A DNA stretch of 64,000 nt from Eledone cirrhosa (GCA_964016885.1 OZ024741.1:379378001-379442000), one strand, 5' to 3'. Positions 1-13,503 are shown, counted from the stretch's first letter. The notes: generated by a model not told the origin, from the letters alone. A program made the numbers and translations.

Positions 1-118
1 TGAGTTCAAATCCCGCCGAGGTTAACTTTGCCTTTTATCCTTACGGCGTCGATAAAATAATATACTTAGTAATGCACTGGATAATTGCTGACCGTGTGCC
101 AAAAAGTAGAAACAATTT
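1..118 (+). mobile_element. tRNA-derived SINE, 3' part (Nin-domain-like)
   Basis: B-box GAGTTCAAATCCC followed by GCCGAGGTTAACTTTGCCTTT..ATCCTTACG.GTCGATAAAATAA; the same motif recurs at least 8 times in the window. Confidence 0.75.
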
Positions 119-129
119 TTAAACTTTAT

Positions 130-900
130 TCTAAAATTAATGCTAGCTGTACGACGTAAGCCATCACCTTTATTAATTTTATATGCAGGGTATATGTCAA
201 GTTTTGCAACTTTATTTCGTGGTACTGCATTTAGTTTGCTAGGTATATATGTACTAATTAGGGCACTATTTACAAATTGATTATTTTCGTTGCAGTTACT
301 CTTACAATTATCTCGATTCTTAGATTTATAGGTTTTACTCAGTGTAAATATATTATTGTTACAGAGTTATCATATATTATTGGGGATATAAAATATTTTA
401 TGAACGTATCCTGATTTAGATAATGACTCAATATAATATCCTGCAATATCATTGAACAATTCTTCAATAGTAGAAAATCTGGAAATTGTATATGAGTCAA
501 TTTTTACAATAGAGTTAAGAATGGACGGAGGGTGATTAGAAAACTTACTTACATATAAATGAATCTCACCTTGCTTATGTTAACGAGGGTAAAACCATGT
601 GGCTAACTCTAATGTTACACCTAAGAACGTAACTTTTTTATGATTAGATTCTATGGTAATAAAGAGACCATAGCGTTTAAAGAATTTCTATAGATGCCAA
701 TTAAGATTTTCCATTCTACGAGGGTTATAATTATTAACCGTAAACAAAGCGTCATCTCTGTATACCAGTCCCCTGCAAGAATGTTTTTTCCTCATTTAAT
801 TTCTAAAGGATATAAATCCCATCTAGATCATTAACCTTGTCAGAATCGCATTGCGTATCAAAATTTTTTTTACCCTGTAGAATTAATTATTAATTTTAAT
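130..900 (-). pseudogene. Decayed Naiad-type PLE reverse transcriptase fragment
   Basis: Manual minus-strand translation gives GLVYRDDAL, SNHPPS and STIEELFNDIAGYYIESLSKSGY, matching motifs in the better-preserved copies at 39-40 kb and 61-62 kb. Confidence 0.65.
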
Positions 901-997
901 GCTTTTCAAAAATAATGTTGAGATAGAGCGTCCGTGATGTTTGCTCTGATCTATATATACGCATACATACACACGCATACATACATATATACATATA

Positions 998-1046
<49 letters not shown>

Positions 1047-1050
<4 letters not shown>

Positions 1051-1365
1051 TAAAATAACAGATTAATGTTTAAGCAAAGAATCGCTGCTTTCACCCTTAA
1101 CGGGATCTTCTGAAACTAACAAGTCAATATGTGAACGCAGAAGTGAATATTTCAAAAAACGTTGCAACCGGAGGAAGACAGGAAGACGATACTTTGTTTG
1201 TGGAAACGTTCCCTGACAAAGAACGGGAAAAAACGAATATAATACGTCATTATTTGGAGCGGTGAAAAACAATTACGCGCAAAGACAAAACCATGTTTAT
1301 GGTATAAAAGAAGTTGTAGACTAATATTCTCTTAGGTAGTTCATAGAGACGTTATCTGGCAATGA
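1047..1365 (-). mobile_element. Solo pseudo-LTR fragment of the Naiad family at 21950 and 38108 (duplicate 5001-5319)
   Basis: Matches AAAATAACAGATTAA.GTTTAAGCAAAGAATCGCTGC... at 21953 and 38110, and inverted copies at 23590-24030 and 40432-40745; abuts (TA)n. Confidence 0.8.
1068..1116 (-). ncRNA. Hammerhead-like motif with CAGAAGA core (copies 5022-5070, 21969-22019, 23960-24010 +, 38125-38175, 40679-40729 +)
   Basis: GTTT-CAGAAGA-T CCC gttaa GGG T-GAAA-GCA..TGC-TT-AAAC: three-stem HHR topology with U4 replaced by A. Confidence 0.5.
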
Positions 1366-1671
1366 ACGTTTTTTCAACACTGACAAAGGAAAGCTGTACT
1401 AGTCTCAAGCTTATTAGCTATCGTCAGCAACGTATACCTTCCTGCCAGATGATTGAACGTCTGAAAGTGTATATTTCCTTGTGCATATTAACGGCTGAGT
1501 AGCCCAATTTGCATATTGAGTGGGTTAATCGGCCGGATGCACCGAAAACGATAAACGGAAAAAAATGAAACCATACTTATATTTAAGTAACAACCGTACT
1601 AAGAGTGGGAAATTAAATTTCGTTTCATTTTTTTCGTTTATATATATACATCTATATATCTATATATATAT

Positions 1672-1709
<38 letters not shown>

Positions 1710-1714
<5 letters not shown>

Positions 1715-2083
1715 TCTGAATTTGTTTAGCAAGATTCTTTATCTGAAAATGTGTGTTGAAACCGATATTGTTATACTTTGGGAGGGTCATGTTGCCAATA
1801 AGAAACACACGCACCCATAGCTTTAACTCCAATTTATTATAAATAAAATTAAAAAATTTAAGAATTTATAAATTTCCGTTTGGTTGGTTGGTTCCACAAT
1901 CGAACGGTTGTTCATATATTGTCAAAGTTATTTCGTCACACATTATGTGACCTTTTCAGTGACTGGGGATTATTTCTTTGTTTTATGCCTCTCCTTTGTT
2001 GTGTCCTACGCCATCTTGTTTTTCCAGATGGCGTAGGACAGAACAAAGGAGAGGCACAAAACAAAGAAACGAATCCCCAGTCA
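1710..2083 (-). mobile_element. Fold-back pseudo-LTR fragment of the 12-16 kb PLE family with mutated HHR (1921-1963); duplicate 5664-6037
   Basis: Minus strand encodes the element N-terminus MTLPKYNNIGFNTHFQIKNLAK; HHR core reads CTGAAAA; 1959-2083 is an inverted repeat. Confidence 0.85.
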
Positions 2084-2329
2084 TGAAGCACCGACCAGTG
2101 AACATATGTCCAACATTTTCAAGTAGCAGTTCTTATATGTGTCGGAGATAGATATTCCAATTAGCCTTGGTGCTTGTGAACTGGCTAGGGTATCAAATTA
2201 CCAGATTGGTCGCTTCATTTCTAGTGAAGCATGCATGAACTGTTAGTCGATTTTTCATTTAATTTCTGTACCATGATGACGTTCTTTTCATTTTAATTAA
2301 CCATAACAATAGTGCCCCAAATAGGAAAA

Positions 2330-3228
2330 AGAAAATAATAATAAACCTTTTAAACAATTACGGTCTTAAATAGAAACAGGAAATAACAATAGAATAGCCA
2401 ACATCCTCGACATATCGCTAAACATTAATTCTGCCCTACTATCCATACCATGAATTAAATGAATACCTCAATTAGCTACTTCTCAAACGAACTCAAGAAA
2501 CGTTAAGAAGACCACAGTCAAAATTGTAGAACAGAGAATCCCTAGACTATCAGATAACAGGGAAATCTACGGTGGCAAGTCTAGATATTATAATAATGCA
2601 TTGGTTAGAGCAGGTTATCAGGTTGAGTACATGCATAGAGATAGAACCAATTCCACACCCATTCATTGACACAAACAAAACATAGGCATAAGCACTAATA
2701 TACACACAATTAACGGTAATGGAAATAATAGTGGTACTCGAACCCAAAACAATTGAGACGGGATAAATCCGGCTCAAGATAGATAAAACTCAAATACAAC
2801 CAAAACGTCTGATAACCGGGTTAGATCACGTTCCGTTCTGGTGTATAATCCACCCACTCCTTTGCTCTACATAGGAAAATAAAGAGATAGGCTTTTTATT
2901 AACGTATACGATAAATATTTTCCTAGATCACATAAATACAGACAAAACTTTAATCGACACAAAATTATATTACTTTACTTAACTCCCAAAAGCTTAGCCC
3001 AGAATATAGCGAAAATTAACAATAGAAATCTGGGAATTAATTATAAGGCGATCACACATAATAGCAAGCACAGAAACATTGATAGTGTAAACAGCAACAC
3101 GAATAACAGTGATAACAACATTAACATAAATGAGATTAAATAACTGACACACAGACACAGGGAGGGAACAATTAATTGTAACGTAAATAATTGCAATTGC
3201 AAAAATTATAATAATGGTTTTCAGAATA
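2330..3228 (+). pseudogene. Decayed Naiad-type PLE thumb/linker fragment (duplicate 6284-7182)
   Basis: Residual motifs VLVYNPP and FPRSHKYRQNFNRH, compared with FPPTHKYSKIFKRN at 39.7 kb; interrupted by a SINE. Confidence 0.55.
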
Positions 3229-3380
3229 ATAATTGTTTCTACTTTTGGCACAAGGCCAGCAATTATCCAGTACATTACTGGTACTTTATTTTATCGACCC
3301 CGTAATGATGAAAGGAAAAGTTAACCTCGACGGCATTTGAACTCAAACTGTAAGGGAGGTAACCATGCTAGAAAGCATGG
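3229..3380 (-). mobile_element. SINE (Nin-domain-like); duplicate 7183-7334
   Basis: Reverse complement of the SINE consensus, including the B-box (TTTGAACTCA). Confidence 0.75.
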
Positions 3381-3760
3381 CTCAATAATAATGTTTATGA
3401 ATGGGAAGTAAAAACGAGTAGTAATAGTTATAGATATATTGGTTCAACTTCTACTAGATTTAAGGAAAGGGGGTACAACCATCGGTTCTCATTTAAAAGA
3501 GCTCATATAAAATCTAGCATGGCCTTGTCGGAGATTGTAACTCAAAATATATATTGAGTGGTAACTCAATATATACCTTATATATATTCGGCTCCTTCAA
3601 TTTATAGAGGTAATTTAAAAGGCGAGTAAACTTGCCTGCTATTTGTAGTAGCATGCGTTTATGAGACACGCAATATTCTGATGCCATGTGCGTTCTTTTA
3701 TACACGCTCACAATTCAGTCTTCGGAGATACTTGGAAGTGAAGGGTTTACTAATGTTACA

Positions 3761-3833
3761 CCCACTGATGAGCAAATGAATTGGTAATTTCCTTCACTAT
3801 AATTGCAAAACAGTATTACCAAAGCTGTCTGTC
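3761..3833 (+). ncRNA. Degenerate hammerhead (duplicate 7715-7787)
   Basis: CTGATGA-GCAA...TTGC-AAAA(G12A)-CAG...CTG-TC; stems II and III pair but stem I is poor. Confidence 0.4.
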
Positions 3834-4018
3834 TGAAAGTTGCTCCATTATCGATTTGTATTTCTGTTTTTATTTATTTATTATTTTAAATTGAATCTGG
3901 CAAAGTCTATTGTTCAGTTAGTATGGTTTTAACCCTAGAGAATCATATCCCTTACGATTTGAACACATATATGTATATATGTGTTTATCTCTCTTTTATA
4001 TTCAATTATATATATATA

Positions 4019-4076
<58 letters not shown>

Positions 4077-4101
4077 GTATAAAATCAATACAATATTATT
4101 A

Positions 4102-4171
4102 CCTCATTACCAGAGGTTTCCCGAATGAGGCGAATACGAAATAAACGACTTCATTCGTTCGTCAGACGAGG
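4102..4171 (-). ncRNA. Type I hammerhead ribozyme
   Basis: Minus strand CCTCGT-CTGACGA-a CGAATGA...TCATTCG g-GAAA-CC tct GG-TA-ATGAGG: 6-bp stem I, 7-bp stem II, GUA site; about 30 nt from (TA)n. Confidence 0.8.
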
Positions 4172-5625
4172 CAATATAAAACATGGGCAAATACTTAGAA
4201 AAACACATCAAGAAAATCAAAAAAATATATAGATAAATGAAATAGAAATTGAAATATATAAAAATCTATCAAGAAAAATAGTTAGATGTGTGTATGTGTA
4301 TGTATATACGCTCATAGATGTGCATATATGTATATGTGTACGTGTAAATGTATGGTTAGAAAGTGTGCGTAATTATAAAAATAAAAGTTTAGGGCAAATG
4401 TATCTATATGTCTGTATTATGCAGACGGAAATGGTTACTTCGTAAAAATAAGAAAATAAAGTCGCGCGCATAAAAAACGGCTGGACACTCGTACATTTAG
4501 ATACGGAAAGTAAGGAGATGAAGAGAGTATAATAAATGAAAGAAAAGTATCTATTACGATATATTTATAAAAATATAGTAACGATAAATTAGAAAGACAA
4601 GATAGAAAGAAAAATTAAAGAAAACAAAAAAAGCGGGGGTACATACATACACAGACACGCGTGTCTCACAAAAGAAATGTAAAAATAATTATGCTTATAT
4701 ACACACACGCGCTTACACTTCCATGCGTTCGATACGTACATACAGACACACACACACACACATACTTATACTCGCGCATATAAACCTGTTTGCATGCCCA
4801 TGTATGAAACTGGGTAAATAACAGAAGAGGGAAGGGGGGGGGAGAAAAAAGCAAGAAACAAACAAAAAAATATAAAACCGAAATATCAAAAACACGGATA
4901 TAAAGACACTTACACATACGCATAATATACACACACGCACACACACAAACACCAGTACACGCACGCATACATACACGTACATATATATATATATATATAT
5001 TTATTAAAATAACAGATTAATGTTTAAGCAAAGAATCGCTGCTTTCACCCTTAACGGGATCTTCTGAAACTAACAAGTCAATATGTGAACGCAGAAGTGA
5101 ATATTTCAAAAAACGTTGCAACCGGAGGAAGACAGGAAGACGATACTTTGTTTGTGGAAACGTTCCCTGACAAAGAACGGGAAAAAACGAATATAATACG
5201 TCATTATTTGGAGCGGTGAAAAACAATTACGCGCAAAGACAAAACCATGTTTATGGTATAAAAGAAGTTGTAGACTAATATTCTCTTAGGTAGTTCATAG
5301 AGACGTTATCTGGCAATGAACGTTTTTTCAACACTGACAAAGGAAAGCTGTACTAGTCTCAAGCTTATTAGCTATCGTCAGCAACGTATACCTTCCTGCC
5401 AGATGATTGAACGTCTGAAAGTGTATATTTCCTTGTGCATATTAACGGCTGAGTAGCCCAATTTGCATATTGAGTGGGTTAATCGGCCGGATGCACCGAA
5501 AACGATAAACGGAAAAAAATGAAACCATACTTATATTTAAGTAACAACCGTACTAAGAGTGGGAAATTAAATTTCGTTTCATTTTTTTCGTTTATATATA
5601 TACATCTATATATCTATATATATAT

Positions 5626-5668
<43 letters not shown>

Positions 5669-7972
5669 TCTGAATTTGTTTAGCAAGATTCTTTATCTGA
5701 AAATGTGTGTTGAAACCGATATTGTTATACTTTGGGAGGGTCATGTTGCCAATAAGAAACACACGCACCCATAGCTTTAACTCCAATTTATTATAAATAA
5801 AATTAAAAAATTTAAGAATTTATAAATTTCCGTTTGGTTGGTTGGTTCCACAATCGAACGGTTGTTCATATATTGTCAAAGTTATTTCGTCACACATTAT
5901 GTGACCTTTTCAGTGACTGGGGATTATTTCTTTGTTTTATGCCTCTCCTTTGTTGTGTCCTACGCCATCTTGTTTTTCCAGATGGCGTAGGACAGAACAA
6001 AGGAGAGGCACAAAACAAAGAAACGAATCCCCAGTCATGAAGCACCGACCAGTGAACATATGTCCAACATTTTCAAGTAGCAGTTCTTATATGTGTCGGA
6101 GATAGATATTCCAATTAGCCTTGGTGCTTGTGAACTGGCTAGGGTATCAAATTACCAGATTGGTCGCTTCATTTCTAGTGAAGCATGCATGAACTGTTAG
6201 TCGATTTTTCATTTAATTTCTGTACCATGATGACGTTCTTTTCATTTTAATTAACCATAACAATAGTGCCCCAAATAGGAAAAAGAAAATAATAATAAAC
6301 CTTTTAAACAATTACGGTCTTAAATAGAAACAGGAAATAACAATAGAATAGCCAACATCCTCGACATATCGCTAAACATTAATTCTGCCCTACTATCCAT
6401 ACCATGAATTAAATGAATACCTCAATTAGCTACTTCTCAAACGAACTCAAGAAACGTTAAGAAGACCACAGTCAAAATTGTAGAACAGAGAATCCCTAGA
6501 CTATCAGATAACAGGGAAATCTACGGTGGCAAGTCTAGATATTATAATAATGCATTGGTTAGAGCAGGTTATCAGGTTGAGTACATGCATAGAGATAGAA
6601 CCAATTCCACACCCATTCATTGACACAAACAAAACATAGGCATAAGCACTAATATACACACAATTAACGGTAATGGAAATAATAGTGGTACTCGAACCCA
6701 AAACAATTGAGACGGGATAAATCCGGCTCAAGATAGATAAAACTCAAATACAACCAAAACGTCTGATAACCGGGTTAGATCACGTTCCGTTCTGGTGTAT
6801 AATCCACCCACTCCTTTGCTCTACATAGGAAAATAAAGAGATAGGCTTTTTATTAACGTATACGATAAATATTTTCCTAGATCACATAAATACAGACAAA
6901 ACTTTAATCGACACAAAATTATATTACTTTACTTAACTCCCAAAAGCTTAGCCCAGAATATAGCGAAAATTAACAATAGAAATCTGGGAATTAATTATAA
7001 GGCGATCACACATAATAGCAAGCACAGAAACATTGATAGTGTAAACAGCAACACGAATAACAGTGATAACAACATTAACATAAATGAGATTAAATAACTG
7101 ACACACAGACACAGGGAGGGAACAATTAATTGTAACGTAAATAATTGCAATTGCAAAAATTATAATAATGGTTTTCAGAATAATAATTGTTTCTACTTTT
7201 GGCACAAGGCCAGCAATTATCCAGTACATTACTGGTACTTTATTTTATCGACCCCGTAATGATGAAAGGAAAAGTTAACCTCGACGGCATTTGAACTCAA
7301 ACTGTAAGGGAGGTAACCATGCTAGAAAGCATGGCTCAATAATAATGTTTATGAATGGGAAGTAAAAACGAGTAGTAATAGTTATAGATATATTGGTTCA
7401 ACTTCTACTAGATTTAAGGAAAGGGGGTACAACCATCGGCTCTCATTTAAAAGAGCTCATATAAAATCTAGCATGGCCTTGTCGGAGATTGTAACTCAAA
7501 ATATATATTGAGTGGTAACTCAATATATACCTTATATATATTCGGCTCCTTCAATTTATAGAGGTAATTTAAAAGGCGAGTAAACTTGCCTGCTATTTGT
7601 AGTAGCATGCGTTTATGAGACACGCAATATTCTGATGCCATGTGCGTTCTTTTATACACGCTCACAATTCAGTCTTCGGAGATACTTGGAAGTGAAGGGT
7701 TTACTAATGTTACACCCACTGATGAGCAAATGAATTGGTAATTTCCTTCACTATAATTGCAAAACAGTATTACCAAAGCTGTCTGTCTGAAAGTTGCTCC
7801 ATTATCGATTTGTATTTCTGTTTTTATTTATTTATTATTTTAAATTGAATCTGGCAAAGTCTATTGTTCAGTTAGTATGGTTTTAACCCTAGAGAATCAT
7901 ATCCCTTACGATTTGAACACATATATGTATATATGTGTTTATCTCTCTTTTATATTCAATTATATATATATA

Positions 7973-8029
<57 letters not shown>

Positions 8030-8030
<1 letters not shown>

Positions 8031-9868
8031 GTATAAAATCAATACAATATTATTACCTCATTACCAGAGGTTTCCCGAATGAGGCGAATACGAAATAAAC
8101 GACTTCATTCGTTCGTCAGACGAGGCAATATAAAACATGGGCAAATACTTAGAAAAACACATCAAGAAAATCAAAAAAATATATAGATAAATGAAATAGA
8201 AATTGAAATATATAAAAATCTATCAAGAAAAATAGTTAGATGTGTGTATGTGTATGTATATACGCTCATAGATGTGCATATATGTATATGTGTACGTGTA
8301 AATGTATGGTTAGAAAGTGTGCGTAATTATAAAAATAAAAGTTTAGGGCAAATGTATCTATATGTCTGTATTATGCAGACGGAAATGGTTACTTCGTAAA
8401 AATAAGAAAATAAAGTCGCGCGCATAAAAAACGGCTGGACACTCGTACATTTAGATACGGAAAGTAAGGAGATGAAGAGAGTATAATAAATGAAAGAAAA
8501 GTATCTATTACGATATATTTATAAAAATATAGTAACGATAAATTAGAAAGACAAGATAGAAAGAAAAATTAAAGAAAACAAAAAAAGCGGGGGTACATAC
8601 ATACACAGACACGCGTGTCTCACAAAAGAAATGTAAAAATAATTATGCTTATATACACACACGCGCTTACACTTCCATGCGTTCGATACGTACATACAGA
8701 CACACACACACACACATACTTATACTCGCGCATATAAACCTGTTTGCATGCCCATGTATGAAACTGGGTAAATAACAGAAGAGGGAAGGGGGGGGGGAGA
8801 AAAAAGCAAGAAACAAACAAAAAAATATAAAACCGAAATATCAAAAACACGGATATAAAGACACTTACACATACGCATAATATACACACACGCACACACA
8901 CAAACACCAGTACACGCACGCATACATACACGTACATATATATATATATATATACACACATACATGCACGCACGCGGGCGCACATACGTAGTCACTCATG
9001 TACATATATAAAAAAATTATACACACATTAAGGCGTTCAGCCATATTGAAATGTGGATAAATAAATACAAATATAAAATTGTAAGACAGGCTGCGCAAAA
9101 ATAAAATAAAAATAAAAATGAGAAATATATCTGGATTGAAAAACACAAAAGACAAGTATAATCAGTTAGTAGAGGAAAAAGGGAAGTAAAAGAAGGAGAA
9201 GTAAAAAATAGAAAATAGGAAGTGGATCGGAGAATAAAGGGGGGGGGGGGGGTGAAGTAAAAATAAATAAAAAAAAATAAAAAATAAATAAAAGTGAAAA
9301 TAAATGAAATTATCGACAAGGATAAGAATGAAAGTAAGTCAGAAAGGGTAATTAAAAAGAGAATAATCAGAGTTTATGGAGGATAAGTGTCTGAAAGTGT
9401 GTTAAGTTTATATGAGCTGGAAAGCAGGTGTGATTTCATGTGTGGGCAACTGGTAAACATTTCCGTCTTTGTGTTCAGGCAGGTCTTTGGTGATTTGAGA
9501 TTTTGCAATATCCAAAATTTTTCATTTATGCAGAGCGTGCATTTTCTTGTTCCTCTAGCATATTTTTTAGATTGGTTCAAAAATTGACCAATCTAGTTTA
9601 TATTGGATGCCTTGGTCTTTCAAATCCCAGATTCTGCTAGCCAGAATTGTTGTAAATCTTTTTCTGGATGTCGAAAGGATGCGACATGTGAGTAATAACG
9701 CGTTTTGAATTTGTCTTGCGTCATACCCACATATCGTTCACTGGTGACTGGATGGTTGTTGCTGATAGTTATTGTATTGATTTTATACATTAAACTTTGC
9801 TCTGATACTGATATAGAGCACTCTTCATTTCTATGACCTTTTCTGTTTCTAACTGAAATTTCAATACT
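8030..9868 (-). mobile_element. 5'-truncated Naiad-type PLE (GIY-YIG remnant 9374-9860, long 3' UTR, HHR)
   Basis: YVGMTQDKFKTRYYSHVASFRH and KCTLCINEK..LNTKTEMFTSCPH; flanked by (TA)n on both sides. Confidence 0.75.
8056..8125 (-). ncRNA. Type I hammerhead ribozyme (copy of 4102-4171)
   Basis: Identical sequence, located at the 3' end of the Naiad fragment. Confidence 0.8.
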
Positions 9869-9889
9869 TATATATATATATATATATAT

Positions 9890-10170
9890 CAAATAAAGTT
9901 AAATAAGAAGTCAAATGTTTAAAATTTAGCTTCGTTTATTACTGCTATATATATTTCAGTGACAGCCATATTTGGCTGTGACCTCTTTAGGCAGTCTGAA
10001 TTAGTGTGGTATAGACAAGTACATATGTTGTTGACGTGTATAATATTGTCAAAACTCTGATATGCCCAGTTCCTGTTTGGATTGTTATTTCACTGAGGAA
10101 CTGGAATCATATGAATTCAAACAAACGAATTTCAGTGTCGAAGGGCCTCTTCTCCTCTCATTGGTCAGTC
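9890..10170 (-). mobile_element. Pseudo-LTR fragment of the 31-32.8 kb Naiad family with degenerate HHR (9941-9995)
   Basis: Aligns with 31135-31405; core mutated to CTAAAGA. Confidence 0.75.
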
Positions 10171-10190
10171 GTATACAACCAACATATACT

Positions 10191-10269
<79 letters not shown>

Positions 10270-10870
10270 AACATGAGAAGAAAGAAGAATACTGCGTGGT
10301 TGCACATGGGTTACATATGATAAAAATAGTCCTTCGCCAGTGATTCTCCAACCATCATTGGTATTTCATCGCATTAAAAATCATATAACTCAGGTTGATG
10401 CGAGCAATAACTAAAAAAAGTTATTGGGACCAGTAATTCGCGTAAAGCGGGGGACATGTAAACAACATAGAAGGTTACAAGCAAACCAAAGATAGGAAAA
10501 TAAACAAGTAATTGGTTGTCCGGTCAGCATAAGCTGGGTGAATTTCATGAGCGAGAGTGGTACAGACTGTCCGATGTGATTGAGATGTAAGGAAGAAGAG
10601 ACCCACTACAAGCCAAACGGAAGGAAGTGAGAAGGGGAGAAACAGAGAGTGAGAGAGTGGAAGTGTGAGGAGGAGGTCAGTTGAGAGAAAGTGTGACTGA
10701 CAGAGGGGGCGAAAGAAGGTGAGAGAAACAGAGAGAGCGGGGAACCAGTAAGAGAGAAACAGACAAACGCAGCCGAGGTAAATATATATAAAAATCAAGA
10801 GAAGAAAGAAGAATACTGCGTGGTTGCACAGATATATATATATCTATATATATATATATATATCTATATA

Positions 10871-10937
<67 letters not shown>

Positions 10938-11083
10938 ATGCTTTGGGAGGGTCATGTTGCCAATAAGAAAAACACGCACCAGTTGCTTTCACTCCAATTT
11001 ATTATGAGTTAAACTTATAAATTTAAGAATTTATAAATTTCCGGTTGGTTGGTTGGTTCCACAACCGGTCGGTTATTCATATA

Positions 11084-11130
11084 CTGTCAAAGTTCTTTCG
11101 TCACATATTATGTGAGCTCTTCAGTGACTG
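11084..11130 (-). ncRNA. Type I hammerhead (inverted pLTR)
   Basis: GTCA-CTGAAGA-G c TCACAT aat ATGTGA C-GAAA-G aa C-TT-TGAC. Confidence 0.7.
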
Positions 11131-11206
11131 GGGATTATTGTCTTTGTTTTTGGGCCTCTCTTTTTTCTGTTCTAAGCCATCTCAAAAACAAAGAAAATAA
11201 TCCCCA

Positions 11207-11249
11207 GTCACTGAAGAGGTCACATAATTTGTGACGAAATAACTTTGAC
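11207..11249 (+). ncRNA. Type I hammerhead
   Basis: GTCA-CTGAAGA-g GTCACA taatt TGTGAC-GAAA-taac-TT-TGAC; stem III is mismatched. Confidence 0.6.
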
Positions 11250-11459
11250 AATAAATGAACAAACGTCCAGTTGTGGAACCAACCATCCAACCGGAAATTT
11301 ATAAATTCTTATATTTATAAATTTAACTTATAATAAATTGGAGTGAAAGCTGTGGTGCGTGTGTTTCTTATTGGCAACATGACCCTCCCAATGCATAACA
11401 ATATCGGTTTCAACACACGTTTTCAGATAAAGAATCTTGCTAGAGGAAAGATAGTAGAA

Positions 11460-11923
11460 AGTAGATAGTAGAAAGACCTGGTACCTCCGTAAAAACACTT
11501 ATTAGCAAGACATACCCGTTCCAAAGACCCTCATGTATAGACAAGAAATGTATAACCTGTAAAATAAGCCCCCATATTAACTGTAAAACTAGAAATGTAG
11601 TGTATAGCATAAGATGTACTGAAGGACAATGTAGAAACAAAAATATAGTGTACATAGGTGAGACAGCTCGTAGTATAGGGGAACGAATAAATGAACACTG
11701 GCGAGACCTCCAAGATAATAAAGAATCATCTGTTCTCTACCAACATGCTAAGATAGAACACAGGGGTAGATTAGAGAGCATAGAAATAGAAATAAAAATA
11801 GAATCCACACAGAGAAAAGACGCAATGTTTAGGCAAATTACAGAGGCAGTAAGCATAAAAGAATTAAAACCAAAATTAAATAGAAAATATGAGTGGAACA
11901 GCAACATCACAACTTACAATTAA
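11460..11923 (+). pseudogene. Truncated upstream copy of the PLE Zn-linker and GIY-YIG endonuclease
   Basis: VYSIRC..VYIGETARSIGERINEH..RQITEAVSI..PKLN, near-identical to the C-terminus of the 900-aa ORF. Confidence 0.9.
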
Positions 11924-12202
11924 GGACAAAATGAAAACACACACACACATAGAACAAACAACTTACAATTAAGGACGAAATGAAAACACACACAGGACAA
12001 AATGAAAACACACACACACATAGAACAAACAACCAACCAACAATAAATAAATAAATAAATAAACAAATAGATAAATGAACACAAACACACACAGACACCC
12101 GGATGTGGCGCATACGCAAACTGAGCACACAACACACACACAGAAACAAAATGGCGTAGGATAGAAGAGAGGAAAGTAACAGAAACGAAGAAAGGAATCC
12201 CC

Positions 12203-12247
12203 AGTCACTGAAGAGGTCACAGAGTGTGTGACGAAAGGACTATGACT
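12203..12247 (+). ncRNA. Type I hammerhead in the 5' pLTR
   Basis: AGTCA-CTGAAGA-g GTCAC agagtgt GTGAC-GAAA-G ga C-TA-TGACT; minimal stem III. Confidence 0.78.
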
Positions 12248-12387
12248 ATATATAAACAACTATCTGGTTGTGGAACCAACCAACCAACCAGAAATTTATA
12301 AGTTTGTAAATTTGTAAATTTATAAATTTATAAATATATAATAAACTGAAGTGAAAGCAACTGGTGCGTGTGTTTCTTATTGGCAAC

Positions 12388-13503
12388 ATGATCCTCCCAA
12401 AGTATAACAATATCGGTTTCAACACACGATTTCAGATAAAGAATCTTGCTAAAATAATTCAGAAACGAAATATCGTAAGCCTTAGCCAGGCTAATAAGAT
12501 ACTGAAAACCACCATGTTCTGTTGTCTACGAAAAACCATAACATCTCGACAACTACGCTTCACAAAACTGTGCACCACTTCTAGAATCTACACCAACACC
12601 ATCAATACCGACGTTAGAAGATTACAACTCACCAAAAAACAAGCAGATAGGCTAAAACGAACTTTAATTCTAAACATAAAAAAGAAGATCTATAGAGAAT
12701 TAAGTCATCAAGAAAAACTAAAGCGTAACCTAATAAAAGAAATAGCTAAAATCACCACATCAGCAGAAAAACTAATATTTATAAGCCTTATACGCCCCGA
12801 AGAACAGTACATTACTCAAGAATGTGATAAGCACTTTAACAGAAAACTAAAGTGGCTTAAACAGGCAAAGCTAAATCGGGATACTATAGAGCATACCAAT
12901 AGATATCCCGACAAAATTGACGGTATCAACATGGCCGACACCTCATTATCAGAAGAGTTCAACAACGAAAATACCAACATTTATAGAAACACGGAAATAG
13001 ATAATAATGAAATGTCTGTGTTACGTCTGCCACCCAAATTTGCGACATTCAAGAAGGTAAATATGATTAGTTGTCTGTCAGAAATAGAAAAATCATTTAC
13101 AAAACTACGCTGGAGCATCAAAAACAAAAGCAACAATATACGCACACACATATACAACACACATCCCAACAACAACAGACACACAGACACAAACAACAAT
13201 AACAACAACAACAACAATAGCAACATACCCAGATACAACAACAACAGACACGCAGACACAAACAACAATAACAACACACACAACAACGATAACACACACG
13301 GAGACAACAATAACAACAACACACACATCAACAACAACAACAATAGCAACATACCCAGATACAACAACAGACACGCAGACACAAACAACAATAACAACAC
13401 ACACAACAACGATAACACACACACACACGGAGAAAACAACAACACACATCAACAACAACAACACACACGCATTCAATGCCTCTCACCACCACCACAATCT
13501 TAA
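12388..13503 (+). CDS. PLE polyprotein N-terminal part (basic helical region + Asn/His/Thr repeats); frameshifted relative to the RT ORF
   Basis: ATG at 12388 (MILPKYNNIG, conserved as MTLPKYNN in other copies); VLRLPPKFA...EIEKSFTKLRW resembles PLE N-terminal regions. Confidence 0.7.
   Translation: MILPKYNNIGFNTRFQIKNLAKIIQKRNIVSLSQANKILKTTMFCCLRKTITSRQLRFTKLCTTSRIYTNTINTDVRRLQLTKKQADRLKRTLILNIKKKIYRELSHQEKLKRNLIKEIAKITTSAEKLIFISLIRPEEQYITQECDKHFNRKLKWLKQAKLNRDTIEHTNRYPDKIDGINMADTSLSEEFNNENTNIYRNTEIDNNEMSVLRLPPKFATFKKVNMISCLSEIEKSFTKLRWSIKNKSNNIRTHIYNTHPNNNRHTDTNNNNNNNNNSNIPRYNNNRHADTNNNNNTHNNDNTHGDNNNNNTHINNNNNSNIPRYNNRHADTNNNNNTHNNDNTHTHGENNNTHQQQQHTRIQCLSPPPQS

Larger units (their letters stand above)
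1027..8935. repeat. 3954-bp direct tandem duplication (1027-4980 and 4981-8935)
   Basis: ORF track repeats at +3954; by eye the only differences are T3486/C7440 and one G-run (9 vs 10 G); junctions lie in (TA)n. Confidence 0.95.

Noticed and set aside
1400-1480. CAGATGA...GAAAGTGTATATTT motif
   Set aside because: No credible stem I or stem II
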